A program made the translations under genes and the position numbers. From Patescibacteria group bacterium (GTDB lineage: Bacteria; Patescibacteriota; Microgenomatia; UBA10105; UBA927): a stretch of 39,274 nucleotides of DNA. This document shows, piece by piece, positions 20,564 to 27,477 of the stretch; position 1 is the stretch's first letter, and every line of letters begins with the position of its first letter. Under the pieces are notes generated by a model. It ran no database searches. It was not told where the DNA came from and saw only the letters and a list, made by a program, of their open reading frames with translations. Location: the NCBI GenBank assembly GCA_049322955.1, contig JBMOPU010000012.1, positions 747,517 to 786,790 of the forward strand. Direction: 5' to 3'.

Positions 20564-21846
20564 AAGATTTTCCTTCCCGTGAGTAATTTTCTGACTTCAA
20601 GCATGCCGGAATAGGTGGCGAGCACAAAAAGCGTTTTTCCTTTCGGCGTAGCGGCAATGCTTTTGGTGATCGCTTCCGCCAATGATTTTTCTACCCCGAC
20701 GCGCTTATCCGCATATTTCAGACGTACCGCCATGTCGAGGGCGCGATCGCCCGATACCGTCACCTGCGTACGGTCAGGAATCATTTCAAAGTCCACATCC
20801 CAAATCCAGCTCACATCACGGCCGTCGGGGATACGGTCATTTAGCACGATGAGCATATGGGAGGCATGCATCTCGGTCACCGTGCGAAGCGAGGCATTAA
20901 ATCCCGCAGGATTTTTGGAAAGCACTATTTTTACCGTTCTCCCGTCCACTGCTATATCTTCCTGTCTGCCGAACGCAGGGGTAAAGTGCGACAGGGCGTC
21001 GCGAATTGTTTTCTGCGGCTCACCGAAGGCACGTGCAGTGGCGACGGCGGCAAGTGTATTGTATTCGTTATACAACCCCGGAAGGGCACTCGGCCAGGAA
21101 TGCACCGACGGCGTAGGACGGGTATTGCCGCAGGAAGGACAACGCCAAATCCCCAAATGCGAAAAGAATATGCCTTTATAGACCAGCCTATGACCGCAGG
21201 AGGGACAAAACGTGGAGTCGGTCGCATGTTCCGCTTTGGTCAAAAACTTATTGGTGTCCGTGATTCCGAAATAAATTACTTTTGCCAGACTTACTTTTCC
21301 CAATGAAGCAACCCCCGGATCATCGGCGTTGACGATAAGGGTCGTTTTTGCCGTAAGCGGGGCAATGGCTTTCGTCCACTTTTCGACGATGACGTCAACC
21401 TCGCCGTATCGATCCAACTGGTCACGGAACAGGTTCAAAAACACCATATGCGTCGGCGTCATGTACCGCAGTACATGCGGCAGGGAATTTTCATCCACCT
21501 CAAATATGCCCACATCGGCGGTAATCCTCCCCAGGAAGTCAGCGTGTCTGATAAACGAAGAAACGATCCCGTTTAACAAATTCGCTCCCGTTTCGTTATG
21601 GATCACCACATTCCCCACTCCCTCAAGCGTCTTTTTTATCATGAGCGACGTAGTCGTTTTGCCGTTCGTGCCTGCAACGAGGATACACCCGCGGGAAAGG
21701 GCTCCGGCAAGCGACTGAGCAACATGCGGACGAATTCGGAGTGCCACTTCCCCCGGCCAGGTTTCCCCCGCACCGAACCCGAGAGCTTTGCTGACAAGAG
21801 AAACCAGTTTTGCGGCAACGATGACGAGTCTATCAAGACCGTGCAT
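20560..21846 (-). CDS. murT: Lipid II isoglutaminyl synthase, Mur-ligase subunit (DUF1727)
   Basis: GTNGKTTT, EVDE, NLFRDQLDRYGE, two CPSC zinc knuckles, KNPAG, DVSWIWDVDFE; start placed at ATG 21846 (GATAAT 6 nt upstream). Confidence 0.92.
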   Translation of the reverse strand: MHGLDRLVIVAAKLVSLVSKALGFGAGETWPGEVALRIRPHVAQSLAGALSRGCILVAGTNGKTTTSLMIKKTLEGVGNVVIHNETGANLLNGIVSSFIRHADFLGRITADVGIFEVDENSLPHVLRYMTPTHMVFLNLFRDQLDRYGEVDVIVEKWTKAIAPLTAKTTLIVNADDPGVASLGKVSLAKVIYFGITDTNKFLTKAEHATDSTFCPSCGHRLVYKGIFFSHLGIWRCPSCGNTRPTPSVHSWPSALPGLYNEYNTLAAVATARAFGEPQKTIRDALSHFTPAFGRQEDIAVDGRTVKIVLSKNPAGFNASLRTVTEMHASHMLIVLNDRIPDGRDVSWIWDVDFEMIPDRTQVTVSGDRALDMAVRLKYADKRVGVEKSLAEAITKSIAATPKGKTLFVLATYSGMLEVRKLLTGRKIL

Positions 21847-21885
21847 AGCCTGATTATCGCGCATCGGAGGGAGCAGAGGCAAATA

Positions 21886-22365
21886 TTACGTGACATCCGC
21901 AAGCAAAAACGCATGGACGAAAACGACGGTTCCTTTGTAGACGATCGTTTCTACCCCTATAGCAAGCGAGACTTCCGGGTACGTATCGGTTACCCGATAG
22001 GCATACGTCCAATCGCCGTCGGTAACGGGGGCAACGGACTTCGTCAGTCGCGTCGTTTCACCAAGTTTCTGTAACATGGATTTCAGCGTGGCAATGATCT
22101 GTTCTGCCGTAATACCGAGTGGCAAAAGGGTGGTATCGGGAACAATCCCTCCCGCATAACTACGAACGCTGGCATCCCCACCATTTACGGCAATTTCCTG
22201 CCCGGCTCCCGTGCGTTTCACCAGCCACTGATCAATATAAGTTGCATCATTGACCGTTGTTTCCGTACCCATAAGGGAAACCGTGCCGCGCGTAACATTC
22301 TTCACGGCATTGGAACCCGCAAACGTAGCAAGCAACCCCTTGGCAAGGGTGTCATGTGTATTCAT
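21886..22365 (-). CDS. Hypothetical beta-rich protein (weak DUF5680-like resemblance)
   Basis: 159-aa ORF packed 2 nt after the upstream gene; GQE...SYAGG and GVETIVYKG..VF motifs recalled as DUF5680-like, unverified. Confidence 0.65.
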   Translation of the reverse strand: MNTHDTLAKGLLATFAGSNAVKNVTRGTVSLMGTETTVNDATYIDQWLVKRTGAGQEIAVNGGDASVRSYAGGIVPDTTLLPLGITAEQIIATLKSMLQKLGETTRLTKSVAPVTDGDWTYAYRVTDTYPEVSLAIGVETIVYKGTVVFVHAFLLADVT

Positions 22366-22367
22366 CG

Positions 22368-22991
22368 TTATCGAATAGTGGTTTTCGCGAAAGGTTTCAG
22401 TGAACGCAATATATATAATTCTCCGATATGCACGGACTGCGGTGCAAGTGACGATAACGCCACATCCGCTTTTTTGGGCATCGCTTCGGTGATCATTTTT
22501 CTCGACTGCATTGCGGATACCCGTTCGTGAATGTCTTCACCCTGGATTCCCAGGGTGATGTGAAAATCTTTTTCCGGAAGACCGATCTCTTTTCTGAATT
22601 GCTGTAATGAAGGAGCATCTACCGCAATGAACGCGGTTTTTTTGCCTTTGTCCTGAGGAAGTGCATCGCTCCGCGTATCAGCATCGATAAATCCGACCCC
22701 CGTTACGGTGAGCTCACCGGGATTGTTAAGTTTTGCATAGGCGTCTTTCAGTACCGTGATTTCTTTGTCGTGTAGTGTACGAAGTTTGGCTTTTTCCCTC
22801 GGGGTTATCACGGTAATATGCAGACCTTCCGGCCGTTGTATCAGGTGTGCGTTATTTGCGGTATTGATTGATTCAACTAAGCCAGAAAAATCATCCAGCA
22901 CCTGAATTTCGATACCGATACCTTGCCGAAGCGCTTCGGTAACGGGAGCGGTATCTTTTTTCGGCAATTCTGTGCGGGAAGATTCTGCCAT
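22368..22991 (-). CDS. 2H phosphoesterase superfamily protein
   Basis: Two HxT motifs, LHITV (H58) and FHITL (H144), 86 aa apart, followed by DIH. Confidence 0.8.
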   Translation of the reverse strand: MAESSRTELPKKDTAPVTEALRQGIGIEIQVLDDFSGLVESINTANNAHLIQRPEGLHITVITPREKAKLRTLHDKEITVLKDAYAKLNNPGELTVTGVGFIDADTRSDALPQDKGKKTAFIAVDAPSLQQFRKEIGLPEKDFHITLGIQGEDIHERVSAMQSRKMITEAMPKKADVALSSLAPQSVHIGELYILRSLKPFAKTTIR

Positions 22992-22995
22992 ACCG

Positions 22996-23895
22996 TTAGA
23001 GCGCTCTCAATCGCTTGATACGATCTTCGATCGGCGGATGCGTGTTAAAGGCATTGGCAAACCAGGCGCCGAAGTTTTTCCCTTTAAACGGATTGGCGAT
23101 ATACAAATGCGCCGTAGCATTGGTCGCCGCTTCCAATACCTCTTTATCTTTTCCGAGTTTTTCCAAGGCACGCGCAAGTCCCTCGGGGTATCTCGTGAGC
23201 TTGGCACCCGAAACATCGGCAAGATACTCTCGATTGCGGCTTGCGGCCATTTGGATAAGTGTGGCAAGGATGGGAGAAAGGATCGCGAGCACAATGCCCA
23301 CAATCATCAATATTCCCGCCAATCCGCGATCTTCGTCCCTACTTCTTCTCCCTCCTCCCCACCAGAGTGAGCGGAGGAACATATCGGCAAGATAGGCAAC
23401 CGTGCCCACAAGCACGGCAACCACCGCCATCAGCCGGGTATCATAGTTTTTGATATGCGACAGTTCATGCGCAATGACACCCTCAAGTTCCCGCCGGTCT
23501 AATCGGGATAAAATCCCCGTCGTTGCCACCACGATCGCATGTTTCGGGTCACGCCCCGTGGCAAACGCATTCATGGCGGTGTCTTCGATCACATAGAGCC
23601 GCGGCTTCGGGATACCCGCCGCCATAGAGAGATTTTCCGCGACGGTAAAGAAATCAAAATCGCGTTTCCTATCTGCAGGTCTGGCACTGGACATGGCAAG
23701 GATAAGCGAATCTCCCCAGTAGAAGCTTGCCCAGCTCGAGATCACAGAGAAAATGACGGCAAACCACATGAAGCTGTTGCCGTAGCCTAACGCCTGACCG
23801 AATACATACGCGATAAGCACGACAAACGCCACAAAGACGGTCATGATCACGTAGGTTTTTGTGATATTCGACTGAATTGCTGAAGAAAGTGTCAT
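22996..23895 (-). CDS. htpX: M48 zinc metalloprotease HtpX
   Basis: NAFATG, AHELSH, SRNREYLAD, THPPIEDRI. Confidence 0.96.
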   Translation of the reverse strand: MTLSSAIQSNITKTYVIMTVFVAFVVLIAYVFGQALGYGNSFMWFAVIFSVISSWASFYWGDSLILAMSSARPADRKRDFDFFTVAENLSMAAGIPKPRLYVIEDTAMNAFATGRDPKHAIVVATTGILSRLDRRELEGVIAHELSHIKNYDTRLMAVVAVLVGTVAYLADMFLRSLWWGGGRRSRDEDRGLAGILMIVGIVLAILSPILATLIQMAASRNREYLADVSGAKLTRYPEGLARALEKLGKDKEVLEAATNATAHLYIANPFKGKNFGAWFANAFNTHPPIEDRIKRLRAL

Positions 23896-23898
23896 TGC

Positions 23899-24453
23899 TT
23901 ACTCGAAGCTTACCTTCACATTTTTTCGCTCTTCCTCTCCTGCGGCGAAAAATTCCTTTTCATGGAATCCCAACATCTCATTGAATAGCGTGTTCGGGAA
24001 CATCCGGATACGGATGTTATAGTCATTGACTACCGAATTGTAATACTGACGACTGTAAGCCACCTTATCCTCAGTGTCTGATAATTCTTTCTGAAGCTGG
24101 GTAAAGTTTTCGTTTGCCTTAAGCTGCGGATACGCTTCCGCAACGGCAAATAACTTGCCCAAAGCGCCGGTCAACATGTCGCTTGCCTCCGCCTTGTCGT
24201 GGAGCGACTTGGCACCCATAAGGGCGCTTCGCGCTTTCGTCACCTCGGAAAATACCGTTTTTTCATGTTTGGCATAGCCTTTGACCGTCGAGACCAGATT
24301 TGGGATTAAATCCGCACGACGCTTAAGCTGGATATCAATCTGACTCCATGCTTCTTCAATTTGCGTCTTTAGGGTGACAAGCGCGTTATACAGCGACCAA
24401 AAATACATGAGGACAAGAGCAACGACTCCGATACCGATCCATAACATGTTCAT
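23899..24453 (-). CDS. lemA: LemA family protein
   Basis: YNALV...AWSQIDIQLKRRADLIPNLV, EAYPQLKANENF; typical lemA-htpX pair. Confidence 0.97.
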   Translation of the reverse strand: MNMLWIGIGVVALVLMYFWSLYNALVTLKTQIEEAWSQIDIQLKRRADLIPNLVSTVKGYAKHEKTVFSEVTKARSALMGAKSLHDKAEASDMLTGALGKLFAVAEAYPQLKANENFTQLQKELSDTEDKVAYSRQYYNSVVNDYNIRIRMFPNTLFNEMLGFHEKEFFAAGEEERKNVKVSFE

Positions 24454-24469
24454 GAAGTACTCCTTTCGG

Positions 24470-26257
24470 CTAGGATTTCATTAACCAGGCCTTAAATTTA
24501 TTATAATCTAAGCAGTTGACGATGTCACGTTTTGTCACCCACCCTCTCCGTGCTACCGAGACCCCGTAAGGCATGAGGAGCATATGCTCGGCGGCGTGGG
24601 CATCGGTGTCGATGGAAAACTTGAGACCTTTTTGAACCGCGTCATAGACCAATGTGTCGGGTAAATCCAGTCGGTCGGGATAGGCGTTAATCTCCAGTGC
24701 TATGTCGTGTTTTTTGGCGACTTCAAAGACTGCAGGCCAATCGGCATCTACCCCCTCACGACTCCCCAGGAGTCTTCCCGTCGGATGACCGACAATGCGC
24801 ACTTTCGGGTGGTGCGTCATGGCGGTAATCAATCGCTGGGTGACGACGTCACGCGGTTGGGCAAACGACGAATGGAGCGATACTATTACGGCATCGACAT
24901 ACGCAAATGCTTCATCGGGAAGTGCCAACGTCCCGTCCGGCTGTATATCAACCTCACACATGAGGAAATATTGTACCCGTCTCTTTTCACGATTCTTCCA
25001 CGAGGAATATTGTTGTTCATATACTTCCTTTCGGCGCTTCATAATGTCCACAATAGATTTCTCTGATTGATTACCCCGCGGGTTGTGATCGGAGAACCCG
25101 ATGTACTCGTATCCCAGTTGTTCCGCTTGCGTCAGTAGTTCACCGATGCTATTTCTTCCGACATCGTGGGATGACTGTAAGTCATAACTCGAATGCACAT
25201 GCAAATCTCCCCGCATGTCTCCCCGTTCGACTAACTCAGGAAGCGCATGTTTTTTTGCGGCAGGGATTTCTCCTTTGTCTTCCCGTAATTCGGGCGGCAC
25301 GTAGGAAAGACCGATCGCTTTATAGAACGCCTCCTCCGTACTATACTCGGTGACTTTGCCGGTTTTGACGTTTTTGATCCCATACTCGTTGAGAGACAAT
25401 CCCTGCTCGAGGGCAAGTGACCGCAGTTGGATGTTGTGATTTTTGGAACCGGTAAAGTACTGAAGCATGGCTCCGTACGCTTCCGGCGTCTGTACCCGTA
25501 AGTCCACCTGCCTGCCGTTAGCAAGAAGCAGCGTCGCACCCCGCGGCCCGTGATCAATAACTCGCTGATGCGGAAATGCCAGGAACCGCTCGAGCACCGC
25601 TTCGGGCTTGTGGGTGGCCACCGCGATATCGATATCGCCGATTGTCGCCACCTGACGCCTAAGACTTCCTAGCGCGTCGATGCGAACAGCGTTGCCGCCC
25701 GCTTTGATGTGTTCCATGACTTCCTGGGCAACCTGATCGGCATACGGAAGCGGCATACGGTTTTCCTTAATTGCTCCCTTGCGGAAGGTGGCGATCGCTT
25801 CCAGTATCACCGACTGTGACTTTTCGCCGAAGCCTTCCATGACTGCAATCTTTCCCGCTTTGGCGGCTTTTTCCAGATCATCAACGACGGTTTTGGCGCT
25901 CTCCAATTTGAGATGGGTTACTAACGTATAGGCTTTCTTGGGACCTATTCCCGGAACGAGAAGTAACGGAAATATGGCTTCGGGTACTTTTGAGAGCACT
26001 GATTCCCAATGGGCGGATTTGCCGTTTTTGAATAGCTCGTCAAGGTTACTTGCTATCCCCCCGCCGACGCCGGGAATTTCCTCGAGTTTTTTGTCATCCC
26101 AATAATCTTTGACTTCGCTCGTGAGATGCTCGATGCTGTCCGCCGCCCGTTCGTAGGCAATGATACGGAATCTGTTTTCCCCCAATATGAGGTATGCCGC
26201 CGCTACTTTGCGTAGGAGTTCCGCGATTTCTAGATTCGTCAAACGATCCTTTTGCAC
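24470..26257 (-). CDS. polX: DNA polymerase X with PHP domain
   Basis: AYERAA, HhH motifs, GSLRR...GDIDI, VDLR, YFTGSK.HN; PHP DLHVHS, SDH, DTDAH; GTG start 6 nt after TGaTACGCT. Confidence 0.95.
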   Translation of the reverse strand: MQKDRLTNLEIAELLRKVAAAYLILGENRFRIIAYERAADSIEHLTSEVKDYWDDKKLEEIPGVGGGIASNLDELFKNGKSAHWESVLSKVPEAIFPLLLVPGIGPKKAYTLVTHLKLESAKTVVDDLEKAAKAGKIAVMEGFGEKSQSVILEAIATFRKGAIKENRMPLPYADQVAQEVMEHIKAGGNAVRIDALGSLRRQVATIGDIDIAVATHKPEAVLERFLAFPHQRVIDHGPRGATLLLANGRQVDLRVQTPEAYGAMLQYFTGSKNHNIQLRSLALEQGLSLNEYGIKNVKTGKVTEYSTEEAFYKAIGLSYVPPELREDKGEIPAAKKHALPELVERGDMRGDLHVHSSYDLQSSHDVGRNSIGELLTQAEQLGYEYIGFSDHNPRGNQSEKSIVDIMKRRKEVYEQQYSSWKNREKRRVQYFLMCEVDIQPDGTLALPDEAFAYVDAVIVSLHSSFAQPRDVVTQRLITAMTHHPKVRIVGHPTGRLLGSREGVDADWPAVFEVAKKHDIALEINAYPDRLDLPDTLVYDAVQKGLKFSIDTDAHAAEHMLLMPYGVSVARRGWVTKRDIVNCLDYNKFKAWLMKS

Positions 26258-26278
26258 AAGCCAAGCGTATCACACTCG

Positions 26279-26307
26279 TTGTACTACCCTCAAATATGAA
26301 TTATAAT
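26279..26307 (+). promoter_or_regulatory. Sigma70 promoter TTGTAC-17-TATAAT driving candidate ncRNA / tRNA-Asp / LysM gene
   Basis: Perfect -10, canonical spacer, divergent from polX. Confidence 0.7.
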
Positions 26308-26313
26308 GTCAAA

Positions 26314-26470
26314 ACGATTAGCAAGCGGAAAGAGGAGCGGAAAAAGACTATAACAAAAGTCGACCTTCGTTATCGGGGTAAAATAGTTGCGACGGAGTGC
26401 CGGATGGTGAGAGCCGTCGCAACCCCTTGGTAGGAAGGGAGGTTGGAAGGGAAACGTCGTTTCCCGTCCA
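26314..26470 (+). ncRNA. Candidate structured RNA of unknown class (long irregular hairpin) ahead of tRNA-Asp
   Basis: Perfect 10-bp stem 26386-26395/26414-26423, extendable through G-U-containing helices; second hairpin at 26444-26470. Boundaries inferred from the promoter and the tRNA. Confidence 0.45.
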
Positions 26471-26474
26471 TGAA

Positions 26475-26549
26475 GGGATCGTAGCTCAGCCTGGTTAGAG
26501 CGCCTCCCTGTCAAGGAGGAGGTCGGGGGTTCGAGTCCCCTCGGTCCCG
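26475..26549 (+). tRNA. tRNA-Asp(GTC)
   Basis: Acceptor GGGATCG/CGGTCCC, discriminator G, anticodon arm CCTCC-CTGTCAA-GGAGG, T-loop TTCGAGT; CCA not encoded in register. Confidence 0.97.
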
Positions 26550-26590
26550 CCCAGTCCCCATCTCTGCCTGGAATGGAGGAAATTGTCATA

Positions 26591-27139
26591 ATGGTAGAAG
26601 AACTCAAGAAAAAACTGAGCAATCCCGATTCCATCGTTTCGTTATTCCTCGGAGCCGCGGTCGTTATCGTGGTAGGAGTCATGATCGCAAATTACCTTCG
26701 CGAAAAACAGCCCGAAAACCTCGCAAAGACGGAACAACAAAAGATGGAAGCTAATGCAACCGCATCCGCCCAAGGGAGCACCTATACCGTCACTGCCGGT
26801 GAGTCGCTTTGGAGCATTGCCGCAAAAACGATCGGTAGCGGATACAACTGGGTGGACATCAAGGAAGCAAATAACCTCGAGAGCGCGGACGTTATCGAAG
26901 TCGGTCAGAAGCTTACTATTCCGAAAGTGGCCAAGCGCGAACCCGGTCAGATCGCAAACGCCATGGTGGAAACCAAGCGCCCTGCCGACGGAAAATACAC
27001 CGTCAAAAAAGGTGACTCGCTTTGGAATATTTCCGTTGAAGTATATGGAACGGGCTTCCGATGGACCGAGATTGCAAAGGCAAACAATATCGCCGAACCG
27101 AACATGATTTTTACGGGGAACGTGTTACTGCTCCCGTGA
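26591..27139 (+). CDS. Membrane-anchored protein with two LysM domains
   Basis: N-terminal TM; YTVTAGESLWSIA...GQKLTIP and YTVKKGDSLWNIS...GNVLLLP; GGAGG upstream of ATG 26591. Confidence 0.92.
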   Translation: MVEELKKKLSNPDSIVSLFLGAAVVIVVGVMIANYLREKQPENLAKTEQQKMEANATASAQGSTYTVTAGESLWSIAAKTIGSGYNWVDIKEANNLESADVIEVGQKLTIPKVAKREPGQIANAMVETKRPADGKYTVKKGDSLWNISVEVYGTGFRWTEIAKANNIAEPNMIFTGNVLLLP

Positions 27140-27198
27140 TTTTCTCGTTCGATTACGATAGCATATAAGAAAGGGATTCCTCCCAGGGACTCCCTGTC

Positions 27199-27272
27199 GC
27201 GGGATTAGTACACCGGTAGTATGCCACCTTCCCAAGGTGGAGAAGGGGGTTCAATTCCCCTATCCCGCTCCA
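27199..27272 (+). tRNA. tRNA-Gly(CCC)
   Basis: Acceptor GCGGGAT/ATCCCGC, U73, encoded CCA, anticodon arm CCACC-TTCCCAA-GGTGG, T-loop TTCAATT. Confidence 0.97.
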
Positions 27273-27423
27273 GACGGAAGGCCACTCGCATTAAAGTGGT
27301 GAATGTATTGAAATATAGGACTAAACATCGAATCTGGTGTTATGATATTGCCTTCTCCTGCATAGTCTTCAATAGTTTAGCTTTGAAATAATTTCGATTA
27401 CTGTTTTTCATATTTGAGACTAC

Positions 27424-27448
27424 AAAAAGAGGGGCTTTAGCCCCTCTT
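27424..27448 (-). terminator. Intrinsic terminator after copA
   Basis: Minus strand AAGAGGGGC-TAAA-GCCCCTCTT running into a T5 tract, about 30 nt after the stop. Confidence 0.85.
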
Positions 27449-27477
27449 CATGCACGCCGGTTTTAGAAACGTCAGGG

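Noticed and set aside
26194-26433. Small plus ORFs (79 aa; MNYNVK... from 26296; MSKRLASGKRSGKRL from 26306)
   Set aside because: Their starts lie upstream of or within the TATAAT -10 (26302-26307), so they are not on the predicted transcript.
26378-26433. tmRNA-like resume context (AAAATAGTT-GCG) with reading ATECRMVRAVATPW*
   Set aside because: No tRNA-Ala-like acceptor or T arm, no plausible pk1, and the peptide lacks an Ala-Ala-type end.
26386-26450. SRP RNA, TPP riboswitch or canonical T-box identity for the hairpin
   Set aside because: Lacks the SRP CAGG/GNRA/AGCA motif, the TPP GAACCTGAT core and the T-box TGGNACC bulge; kept only as an unclassified candidate.
26290-26682. 130-aa minus ORF
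   Set aside because: Antisense to tRNA-Asp; WAGPRGLEPPTSSLTGRRSNQAEL is the classic tRNA reverse translation.
27338-27411. 23-aa minus ORF (MKNSNRNYFKAKLLKTMQEKAIS) after the copA terminator
   Set aside because: Too short, no RBS or recognisable similarity; cannot be supported as a gene or integrase remnant.
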